A stretch of DNA of 37,257 nt, taken from NCBI GenBank assembly GCA_001275005.1, contig JWZX01003167.1, positions 1-37,257 of the forward strand, written 5' to 3'. Made by a program: the position numbers and the translations under genes. Shown here piece by piece: positions 11,102 through 20,773 of this stretch. Numbering within the stretch: position 1 is the stretch's first letter; each line of letters begins with the position of its first letter. The notes beneath the pieces were generated by a model. It was not told where the DNA came from, did no database searches, and worked only from the letters and a program-made list of their open reading frames with translations. Source of the stretch: Chrysochromulina tobinii (Eukaryota).

Positions 11102-11664
11102 ATGCTTGCTCTTCGTGCGATACGTGAGCCAGCCGCGGCCAATTGGCCATCGCGGCCGGGTTCTGCGAGGTCATCGAGGCCGATGACAGCACGAGGGCCC
11201 GTCATCCTTGAGCGCCACTACATGCTGATCGGCCCGATGGAACTTCGATGCATCGGCAAGTCTCAGACCGTGGTGCACGATTGGGGCCAGCGTGGTCGTC
11301 CGCTGACTCCGCGGGAGAAGATGCCGTCGGTGTACAATGAGCCGCCGCGAGTACAGACGCCGCGCGAGTCTTGGCAAATGTCACCGCGGAGGGCGGTGCC
11401 GATGGGTACGTGGCGTTCCAGCGGACCGGCCAGCATCGGTAGCGAGTTTGAGCGCACTTTTGGTAGTCAGCAGACCGCAGACCTCACAGGCGACGCCCCC
11501 TACGCGGGAACAACGACTCCGGTGCGTTTTGTGCCATTTGACCTGTCTCCATCCGAAGCATCACGTTGCTCACCCCTTCCTTTGGCATGATGTGCGTTCA
11601 GGTGTGGTGTTCGACCGGGGCTGCCATCAATGCGAGCACGTCTCTATGCCGCTCGTTTCGTTAG
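11102..11664 (+). CDS. Hypothetical protein; exons 11102-11521 and 11602-11664
   Basis: ATG at 11102. A plausible 80-nt intron gtgcgt...ttcag (11522-11601) removes the stop at 11588-11590. No recognised domain. Confidence 0.5.
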
Positions 11665-12160
11665 TGCACCGGCACAACCCCGGGGCCGAGGTCCCCCCTA
11701 CCCCGCCCCTGAGTTATTTTGCAGCTGTCGATCTGCAGGTCAACCGCGCAGCTGCCCGCGACTTGTACCCTGTGCCGGCCTGTGGGTGTGGAGTCCTTCT
11801 CGCCCTCCGCCGAGCGCCGTCCGCCGCCGCCCCGGGCGCCGGACCCCCGACGTCCGGTCCGCGTCCGGCCGGTGTGCGGATTCTGATTTTAATTTTCCTG
11901 TCCACGCGCCCAACCGAACACAGCATGCACCTTCGATCTCGTACAGATGCCGGTCTCGGCGCTCTCGATCTGCCGCATCGGGTACTCGGCGCGCGTACCC
12001 TGCAGTTCTCAGAGCAGGCAATCCGATCCACAGCGGTGCGGTGCCCGGCACCATACGCGGTCGTGCGGGTTGTCTCACAAATGATCAGTATGGAGCCGAC
12101 ACGACTGCGGATTGCATGGCTGACGTCGCGGTTTCTGCGCGACGCTCCCTAGGAAATAAG

Positions 12161-13267
12161 TTAGAGCTTTGTCTGGAGCGCGTCGCTCACCTTCGACTTG
12201 AGCTCCGGGTGCGGCGCGAGCGCTGAGTCGGTGCCGATCTCCCACCAGTCGGGGCTCACCTTGGCGTACCAGTCGATGGTCTTCTGCAGGCCCTCCTCGA
12301 AGGACATTTTGGGCGCCCAGCCGAGCTGGTGCAGCTTGTCGGAGCTGATGTAGTAGCGCACGTCGTTGAAGGCGCGATCCCCGACGAAAGAGATGTGCTC
12401 CTTCGGATCCGAGCAATCGGGCTTGAGTGCCTTGACGAGACGTTGGGCGACCTCGAGGTTGGTGAATTCGGTCTCGCACCCGATGTTGTACGTCTCGCCA
12501 TCGACGCCCTTGTGCAGGATCGTCATGAAGGCCGCGGCCACGTCGCCCACGTAGATATAGTGGCGGCTGTTGCTGCCGTCGCCGTGGATGCAGCACGGCA
12601 TGCCGCCGAGCAGCCGGCGCACAAACTTGGGGATCACTTTCTCCGGGAACTGGTGCGGGCCGAAGACGTTATTGCCACGCGTGATGATCACGGGAAGCTT
12701 GAAGGAGTGGTAGTACGGCTTGACGATGTTCTCGGCCGCCGCCTTGGTCGCCGCGTACGGGTTCGTCGGCTCGAGTACGTCCGTCTCGACGCGACGGATG
12801 TCGTCGCCGACCGTGCCGTAGACCTCGTCCGTGGAGACGTGGATGAAGCGCTTGATGCCGTGCACCTTGGCGGCCTCCACGAGCACGTGCGAGCCCATCA
12901 CATTGTTCTCGGTGAATGCGAACGAATTGCCAAAGGAGTTGTCGACGTGTGTCTGGGCGGCGGCATGGATGATGGTGTCAATACATTCCGTCTCGAGCAC
13001 GTACTTGATGAGGTCGGCGGAGAGCAAGTTGCCTTTGATGAACTTGAAGTTCGGGCAATCCTTAACCTCGTTCAGGTTTTTCAGGCTGCTGCAGTAATCG
13101 AGCTTGTCGAAGCATACGACCTTGTATTCGGGAAACTGCTTCACGAGCTGGATGACGACGTGCGATGCGATGAAGCCCGCGCCGCCGGTGACCATGATGT
13201 TCTTCGGGGTGTAGGAACCCACCAGCACTTCTTTGACTTCTTTCTTCTGCTTCTTGACGCCCGACAT
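12161..13267 (-). CDS. dTDP/UDP-glucose 4,6-dehydratase (RmlB / RHM N-terminal-domain type SDR), 368 aa
   Basis: NIMVTGGAGFIASHV, DKLDYC, HAAAQTHVDNSF, HVSTDEVYG, PTNPYAATKAAAE (YxxxK), RGNNVFGPHQFPEKVIPKF. First ATG at 13267. Confidence 0.95.
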   Translation of the reverse strand: MSGVKKQKKEVKEVLVGSYTPKNIMVTGGAGFIASHVVIQLVKQFPEYKVVCFDKLDYCSSLKNLNEVKDCPNFKFIKGNLLSADLIKYVLETECIDTIIHAAAQTHVDNSFGNSFAFTENNVMGSHVLVEAAKVHGIKRFIHVSTDEVYGTVGDDIRRVETDVLEPTNPYAATKAAAENIVKPYYHSFKLPVIITRGNNVFGPHQFPEKVIPKFVRRLLGGMPCCIHGDGSNSRHYIYVGDVAAAFMTILHKGVDGETYNIGCETEFTNLEVAQRLVKALKPDCSDPKEHISFVGDRAFNDVRYYISSDKLHQLGWAPKMSFEEGLQKTIDWYAKVSPDWWEIGTDSALAPHPELKSKVSDALQTKL

Positions 13268-13906
13268 TGCAGCACTATGCCGCTTTTCGGGTTCGCGTCC
13301 GCGGGAGAGTTGATTCTTCCTTTTCTTGCCGTTAGCCTGCTCCTGCTGTGAAACACCGCTGTCCGACACGAGGCGTGAATGTGTGAGTGCGTCTGTAATG
13401 CGTCTGCTCACGGACGCTCACGCCAAATTAAAATGAAAAGAAAACTGTTTTGTAGTCTACAACCGCACATCAGACGCTGTGCACCCATATGTGTGCACCT
13501 GACAATTCTCAATTGTGTCGGCTGACGTGCGAGCTCTCACTTATTCTGATCGGCGAGTAGATCGTTGAAGATTTTTGGGCCGGCGACAACTTGACGCAAG
13601 GCTCATGTCGAAGGCTCATGCAGCGAACTTAACAGCGATAACTGGGAAAGCGTGGTGTGTTCCGTGCGTGTGCGCTGGTTCCTGTGTACAAGCTGTGGCG
13701 CGCGTCACCGTCAGCGCGTGCCGTACTACGAACTACTATACAAGTTCGCCCTGTCCAACAAGTACCCTCCAAGCGGACCGCCTGCGCGAGCTTCCGCAAC
13801 CCCCTTCCACATTCACACAACATTCACACCCGCTCACTTTATGAATGCGGAAGGGGACACATGGAACGGTGGAACGTGCCGGTGGAAGGTTAGGTGGAAG
13901 GTGTTC

Positions 13907-14935
13907 TTATGGACCTCCCTTGTAGTTGTTATCGGGAAGGTTCGTCATCAGCGAGGTCACGTGCTGCCCAACAGTCCCTTCCAGAGACGAGGTGACGTTG
14001 TCCATTCCACGCCATCCAGCATGGTACACGAAGCAATGCGAGATGATCATCTCCGCGTGGGTTCGGCCTTTGGCCGCTCGGAACGGCGTGTACCAATACT
14101 TGCGCAGAGACTTGTTCTGGCACGTCAGGATGTGCGTGTCGACCTGCGTGAACGTCTGCACCATCGGAGTAGTGGCGCCACTGATACTCTTGATCTCGCC
14201 CCCGGCCGCCTTCATGAGAACACGCGTCGACATGGTGTAGTGGCGCATCGTGTCAAAGCTGCGGTGGGCCACATAGGTCATGGGCATGGGCTGCATGAGG
14301 CGGAGTGTGCGCTCGAGCAACGGGTGTTGCCGTTCAAAGAGGAGGAGGCAGTTGCACACGCAAGTGAATGGCCGTCCGTTACGATCTCGAAAGGGGTCCT
14401 TTCCCAGGCCCTCGAGGCAGCTGAAACTGTGTGAGTCGCCTGCATAGTCGACGCCCATTCGGTTCTGCAACGCAGGCACGAGCAGCGGCCGCAGCACGAT
14501 CATGTCAAAGTCGAGGTACAACCCACCAAAGCGAAAGACCAGAAAGTAGCGCATCCATTCGGAGAGCAGCGTCAAGAAGGCCTTGTGCCCCGTGACCTTT
14601 CTGCCAATGGCGTTCCATGTGGCTTGACTGGGCAGTTGGTCCTCGGACACGCGCGTAGACTGGAAGACGGCGTCGATCGCAGCCTGTAAGAGCAGACCTT
14701 GGTCCGCGCCAGGATAGCCCAAGCTGAGAGCTGTGCAGTTGTACCTCACGAGCTCCACAACGAACCCCCTTGAGCGTGGGTACGGTGCTAGCACGTGATT
14801 GGCGTCCAAAGAGTTGGAATATATAGAGACCTTGGCGGCAGGATGGTGGACAAGCGCACTGCTGATGCTGTTGAAGTGCCCCTTGTGCAGGGTGGGTCTC
14901 CCCTCCCAGAAGAAGAAGACGTTTTGTTGCTCCAT
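13907..14935 (-). CDS. Glycosyltransferase, GT32 / alpha-1,4-glycosyltransferase-like (DxD)
   Basis: SEWMRYFLVFRFGGLYLDFDMIVLRPL signature, with N-terminal VFFFW...SISSALVHHP. Confidence 0.85.
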   Translation of the reverse strand: MEQQNVFFFWEGRPTLHKGHFNSISSALVHHPAAKVSIYSNSLDANHVLAPYPRSRGFVVELVRYNCTALSLGYPGADQGLLLQAAIDAVFQSTRVSEDQLPSQATWNAIGRKVTGHKAFLTLLSEWMRYFLVFRFGGLYLDFDMIVLRPLLVPALQNRMGVDYAGDSHSFSCLEGLGKDPFRDRNGRPFTCVCNCLLLFERQHPLLERTLRLMQPMPMTYVAHRSFDTMRHYTMSTRVLMKAAGGEIKSISGATTPMVQTFTQVDTHILTCQNKSLRKYWYTPFRAAKGRTHAEMIISHCFVYHAGWRGMDNVTSSLEGTVGQHVTSLMTNLPDNNYKGGP

Positions 14936-15235
14936 GTCCCGGCTCGTCGGTTGGAGTGGCGAGCGCGGGGATCGCCTCTTTGATGCTGGAACGTCAGATT
15001 TTCTGTCCTTCCCTGCCCGCGTTCGCTGGGGTCCTCGCGCGTGTTGAACTCAGTCATCAACTTCTGACTCACACATGTGCATGCAATCAACAAACGATTC
15101 TTGAAGCTCGTACGCACAAAACGCGTTGGGTTGATGTGAGATCATTACATGACCCTTTATGCTTATCAGCGCGTGACCCCAAACCAAAGGTCTAATAACC
15201 TGTCAACATTCACAGTCCCCAACATCAATTTCCAC

Positions 15236-18165
15236 ATGCAGGGTACAATTGCGAGCGTCGCAGCGCTCCGCGCTGCCGCGCACTGCGTGCGCTCTTTGCT
15301 CCCTCCATCATGTGCGCTCAAGTGCCTCGAGCAATCAGACGGCCACCTGATCACCGGAAGCGCGATGGCCGTTCTCGGTCATATAGCCAGTTCTCATCCT
15401 GCAGTGATGCTCCTGCTCGAGGCGTGCGAGGGATTGCAGCAGACGCACGGATGTGGAATGTCGTATTTGATTGAGCTCGTCGCCGAGCTCTCTACCGCTG
15501 CCCTCTCCTTGCATGAGCAGGGATTTGCAATGCGTGCAGTCCTACGCAGCCTGCGGAGCGCCGTGCGATCTGCTGTGGCTGTCCTCAATGGGATCACGCT
15601 GCCCTTGCCGACATTGCCAACGTGTGAGCCATGGCAATTCTCAAACCTAGCGGCACCGTCGCCGCCGCCATCACCTCCAGCTACCGCGTTGGCCAGCGAT
15701 GATGATGTGGCGTGGTTCTTTGACTCGGCACCGGAAACGGCCAGCAGCTCGAATGCTGCCCGAGCGCCGAGTGCGGTCGGAGCGCCGAGTACCGCTGGTG
15801 CACCGCTCGACAGCACGTGCGGTGACGGTGTGCTGGTCTCCGAGCTCAAGGAGCGCGGTAACGAGATGCTCCGGCTCGGGCGGCTCATCGAGGCCGTCAC
15901 GTTGTACTCGGCGGCGATCGCACGTGCAGAAGAGCCGCGGCTCGGCAACATGCGGGGCGCCTTACTGCCCACAGACTCAGCCGGGACGGATGCTGTGGCG
16001 CTCGCGACGGCGCTCGCGACGTTGCTGTCGAACCGGTCGCTTGCGTACGCGCGGCTCTCGCAGGCCGACCTCGCACTCGAGGATGCGCGCCGCGCTGTGG
16101 TACTCGCGCCGACGTATAGCAAGGCGCATCACCGGCTGGGCGCGTCGCTGCTGCTGCTCGGCAAGGAGAAGGAGGCACGTGGCAGCTTGGCGACTGCTGC
16201 GCTGCTGGCTCGTCGGACGGCGCACACGGATGGGCATGAGGCGACGCCAACACCGTCACATCCGCCGTCGCCACGTCCGTTGCAACCGCCGCCACCGACT
16301 CCGTCCGAACCTCTACGCACACCGCCGCCGCCATCGACTCGGAGCTTGACGGGACCCTTCAGGTGCTCGGTACGGCGCTCGCACACGGGGCGGCGCGTGA
16401 GATGTGCCTTGCCATCGAGTGTGCCGTGCTGCTCGGCCCAGTGCCGTGGTCAGCGCTCTCACACGCTGTGCGCATCCACCGACTCGTGGGCTGTGCGGCA
16501 TCACGCAGCGCGGTGGGGCGCGGGTTGCTCGTGCCCCTCACGCCGCAGCAGCGCTCGGCCGCCGTTAACCTCCTAGTCGGGCGCGATGACTGTGTCGCAA
16601 GCCGAGGGCCGCCGCCACTTCCGCCATCGCCACTTCCGCCATCGTCAGCCGTGCCACCCACCCCCTCGCCACCGCAGCCCGTGTCCGAACAGCCCGGGGC
16701 TCAACATGAGGAGCCAAGCTGCTGTTTCGAGCGTAAAGGAAGCCCTCGTGAGCATGCGCGTCTCGCGGACGGCGCCCTCGACGCGGCCTTTGAGACAAGT
16801 GACGGAGGTCTGCCCGCCTTTAGCATCCAGGTCGCCATTCTGGATGCCGATCTGCCTGCGCAGGGCGCCGCGCGAGAGGGCGAGTTCGCAGCGGCTCCCG
16901 TTCGCTGGCTCCACGACGGAGGTGGCACCGACGGGGTGCACACTGTCGGGGTGCACACTGACAGGGTGCACAGCGACGGGAGCAATCTGTGTGAAGATGC
17001 TGCCGCGTCGCTCGCGACGGCGCTTCGAGCCGCCGGCGTGGCGCTCGTGCTCGTGCGTGGCGCGGTAGATGCGCGCGTGAGGGCGTGCTGCGAGGAACAA
17101 CGCGTGCTCATGCTGCAAGGCGTGGGGCCGCAGACGCTGTACGCCCTATGCGCCGCGGCTCGCTGCATGCCGTTGCGGGATGCGCGCGCGTTGCGCAAGC
17201 TCGACAGCTCTCAGACGGTTTGGCTCGAGGGGCGGCTGGTGCAAGCCGGCACGCTGCCCCCGGAGGACGCTCCGGTCGTTAGGCGCGTGGGCCATACGGC
17301 CGGGTTGGAGGAGGCCCTTGGCGACAGCTACCTGCTGCTACGGGTGGACAAGCGGCTGTGTCGGTACCGCGCCGAGAAGAGACACTCGCCCACGGCGCCC
17401 ACGGCGGCCCTGGGGCTCGCGGGCCGCGGGCCGACAGCGACGGTGCTCGCGTGCGGCCATACCAATGACTTGGCTGCCGAGACAGAGCGACGTGTCCGGA
17501 GCTGCCTGCAACGACTGCGCGGAGCGCTTGAGAGTGGCCGAGTGCTGCCTGGCGCGGGAGCTTCGGAACTTGCTTGCGCGGTGGCGCTGGAGCACGAGGC
17601 CTCTTTGTGCCTCAGCAGCGCGCCCGCACATTCGGGGGCAGCCGACGCAGCTGAAGGCCACGGGGCAAATAAGCCCACGGAACTGCACGCGCTCGCTCCA
17701 CTCGCGTGCCTCTTAGAGGCTGAAGCACGCCGCCACCTGGGCCATAGCCTGTGCGAGCTCGTCGCACACGTGGGCGAGAGCAGCGGCCTGGCCCGAGACG
17801 AGATGGACACTCGCATCGCCGTGGGCCTTGCCAGGTGGCGTACGCAACTTGACTCAGCTGCTGATACCGCGGAGGGCGCCGCCCGTCGAATGGTGCATGG
17901 CGTGCCGTGGCGTGAGACCGGCTGGTGCCCTTTAGAAGATCTCATGAGCTCTGAGGGGGGGTCGGCGGTTGCAGCTGGCAGCGCTGCGAACAATAGCGGG
18001 CGGCCTCGGGCAGTGGACGAGCTCGGCTCCAAGGTATCGGCGCTGCACGCTAGCCTTGATGTGCTGCAGCAGGTGCTGCTCTCGGATGTCATCATCGGGA
18101 GCAAGCACTTTCTGGGGTCGTCGTCACTATCTGGGCCTCGAGGTCGAGCCGGCGATGATCTGTAG
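15236..18165 (+). CDS. BBS12: BBS12-like chaperonin-family protein with inserted TPR domain, ~976 aa; frame break at ~16240
   Basis: Segments parallel recalled BBS12 in order: LGTALAHGAAREMCLAIECAV, QVAILDADL, GVALVLVRGAVDARVRACC, ERRVRSCLQRLRGALESGRVLPGAGASELAC, PRAVDELGSKVSALHASLDVLQQVLLSD. Adding one G to GG at 16240-16241 joins the two ORFs. Confidence 0.75.
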
Positions 18166-18466
18166 ATAATCTGTAGATCGCACGTCCATCCATCTGTATT
18201 CGGGTTTCAGGCGACACACGCTGTCGCGGTCCCCGCGCGGGCGCATGCCGTGCGATCAGCGAGTCGCATCATGCGATCATGTGGCGCGAGTCCGGTGATC
18301 GGTTCACGTCGAGTCCACCGTCCGTTCCGCGTCGCACGTCTCGGACGGCGCGCCGGCACGCGGTATACGACGGTCGCGGTCGTGTTAACCGTATAGGTGT
18401 AGGTTAGTTACATACGTGTGGCCCTTTATGCAAATATTGCACTGGCATTGCACAACCCTCAACCAG

Positions 18467-19231
18467 TCAAAAGCCGAAGCGCCGCTCTTCTTTCGCCTTC
18501 CGGTCATTATAACCTCCGCTCGTTGCGGTCGCCTGCACTAGTTGTGCCTCGCTTTTCGTCCCCCCCGCATCGACGCGTTCAGTGAGCGCAGGCCAGGCCG
18601 CGACTGCATACCCCATCGCCGAAGTGCAGGTCAGAATCGCGGCGACGTACAGCAGCAGCAGACCCACCTGACGAATGACTTGGTCGGTGCCGGACCGAGC
18701 AAGCAAAAGCAGTGTAAGCGCCGTCATTTGCGTGGCAGTCTTCACCTTGCCCTGCCACCCGACAGCCACCACAGCGCCCTGCCCACGCGCACCCATCCAT
18801 TCGCGCAGCGCGGACACGGCCACTTCGCGACACACGATGATGGCCGTGGGCAATGAGACCACCGCGCCCAGTGCACCACTTAGTAGCACAAGGCAAGTGC
18901 ACACGAGAAGCTTGTCGGCCACGGGATCCAGAAAGGCACCAAGCGGCGAAGCTGCCCCCCATCGTCTTGCGAGATATCCGTCGAGCCAGTCTGTTGCTGC
19001 ACACGCCGCAAAGATGGCAGCCGGAGCACGTGCTGCCGTGCTGGAGCGGCCGCGGAAGCAGAAGGCAGCGGCAAGGAGAGGAATAGCAAGCACGCGCCCA
19101 CAGGTGAGTGCATTTGGCACACCCTGCCGCCAGTCGTCGATGGTTGTAACCTGGGCAGCAAACACGCTACGGCTCACGCAGAGGCGCACAGGTGCGCTCA
19201 GCGGCATCGGCGTAAAAAGGAGTTGCCGCAT
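18467..19231 (-). CDS. pgsA: CDP-diacylglycerol--glycerol-3-phosphate 3-phosphatidyltransferase (PgsA/PGP synthase-like)
   Basis: PNALTCGR, TDWLDGYLARRWGAASPLGAFLDPVADKLLV (CDP-alcohol phosphotransferase motif), REVAVSALREW, GKVKTATQM. Start codon uncertain. Confidence 0.88.
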   Translation of the reverse strand: MRQLLFTPMPLSAPVRLCVSRSVFAAQVTTIDDWRQGVPNALTCGRVLAIPLLAAAFCFRGRSSTAARAPAAIFAACAATDWLDGYLARRWGAASPLGAFLDPVADKLLVCTCLVLLSGALGAVVSLPTAIIVCREVAVSALREWMGARGQGAVVAVGWQGKVKTATQMTALTLLLLARSGTDQVIRQVGLLLLYVAAILTCTSAMGYAVAAWPALTERVDAGGTKSEAQLVQATATSGGYNDRKAKEERRFGF

Positions 19232-19430
19232 GTGAATTCCTGTGGAGATGCGGATCTCGGGTTTCGTCACACATGCGCCTGACACAATCAGAGCGCATTA
19301 TGAGTGGTTACGGGTTTGAAAGTGCAGCCTATACGGCCTTTTGGTCCCCGGCTCTCCCCGCGCTGTGCATTCCTCCCGCGCCGACGCCGACCGTCCGGCC
19401 GCAGGTGTGTGTTGGTGCGAGGCCCCTAGT

Positions 19431-20333
19431 ATGAGGGCTGCGAGGTTGGCGGCGGTGACGGAGGGAACGGCGAAGCAGGCGGCGGAAGCGGAGGTGGCGA
19501 GCATGCACGTGCTCGTATTCGCCACGCGCGACTCGTGCGTGCTGCTCAGCTGCTGGCTTGGCTGGGCTTCACACTGGCTGGCAACTGATGGAGCGATTGA
19601 GTATTATCAACTTCATTTGAAAATGTACCAGCCGTCGGCAAACGTCTCCGTGACCGGCGTGTTCCGTTCATCGCGTTGGATGGAGGTGGTGCGCGCCAAG
19701 GTCAGTTGGGTGGCCACGACAGTCAGCTCGCTGCCGACCGGAGCAACCGTCATGTTCACAGACACTGACGTTGTGCCGCTCCGGCCTTTGACGGCGCTGC
19801 TTCCTTTGCCGCATGTGTGCCGCACCCTCTGGAATCTTACTTCCCGTGCAATGAGCAGGAGCTGACTGCTCGAGCCATCGATTCGAGCGCAGAACCTCAC
19901 TTTCATGCGTGAGCCTCCCGGCCACGGAGGTCGCACCGGCCGACACATTGTGAATACAGGATTGTTCGCCATGCACGTCTCGGCATCCACGCGCAAGTTC
20001 ATGAACCACTGGGCATGGCTGACGCGTCGATACCCAAAGCTCATGGACCAGGATATTGCCAACTGGGTGCTTCTTGCCAAGCCAGGCCAGACCTATTATC
20101 ACCGCCACTTGGACTGGGGCACTTGGCCACGGAACCTTGCCACTGGCTTGCTCGAGGACGTGAATACTAACGAGACCGCCGCCTTTCACGCCATCTTCGT
20201 TAGCGGCATCGGGCCCAAGCTAGGCCGCATCGCCGAGGGCATCGTTCGAGGGCAGGCCCGCGTGCCCGCGTGTGCGCCACATCGGACGGTACGGACGAAC
20301 GAGTATACGGTCTGTGCACACCCGACTCCGTGA
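19431..20333 (+). CDS. Nucleotide-diphospho-sugar transferase (GT77-like); exons 19431-19814 and 19893-20333
   Basis: WMEVVRAKVSWV...VMFTDTDVVPLRP (DxD), VNTGLFAM, MDQDIANWVL. The 78-nt intron gtgtgc...cgcag (19815-19892) joins the two ORFs in frame. Confidence 0.85.
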
Positions 20334-20721
20334 AGATACTACCGTGTCGTACAGCCGTAGAGTGCTGAGTCCTTACACACGAAATGAATTATGATCGGAT
20401 AAATTACGCTTAGAGGAGGTTCGCGGTTACCGAGCGTCAAGCTTCCATCACGTCACTCGTCAGGCCTCCCCGCTCGGTCCGCGATGGATCGACATGGTGG
20501 TTGGTGCTCGGCTCGTTCGGTCGTGGGGTTGGTCGTGTGTAAAAAGACACCGGGGAGCCGGACACACGAGACAGACACGAACCCCACGAACCACCTCAAA
20601 ACCAACCCCCAAAAGGAGCCGGTATTAACCGGTAAGTAAGTCAAACGGTGTATCTCGTCACATCGCCTGCTTTGAGTCAAAAGAAGTAGCAGAAAATTCA
20701 CAGACGCCGCAACAAATGGTG

Positions 20722-20770
20722 TGAATTTACGTGTTGTGTGTATTAACATGAATTTACGTGTTGTGTGTAT
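20722..20770 (+). repeat. 22-bp direct repeat (tgaatttacgtgttgtgtgtat x2) immediately upstream of the ABCF start
   Basis: Exact copies at 20722-20743 and 20749-20770; ATG at 20774. Confidence 0.9.
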
Positions 20771-20773
20771 GCA

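Noticed and set aside
12329..13351. 340-aa plus-strand ORF
   Set aside because: Antisense shadow of the GC3-rich dehydratase gene, with no independent motifs.
16242..16362. Intron ending at cttcag (16362) to join the BBS12 ORFs
   Set aside because: No convincing donor was found. The downstream frame is already open and protein-like from 16240 (GDANTVTSAV...DSELDGTLQVLG), so a 1-nt indel is simpler, though an intron is not excluded.
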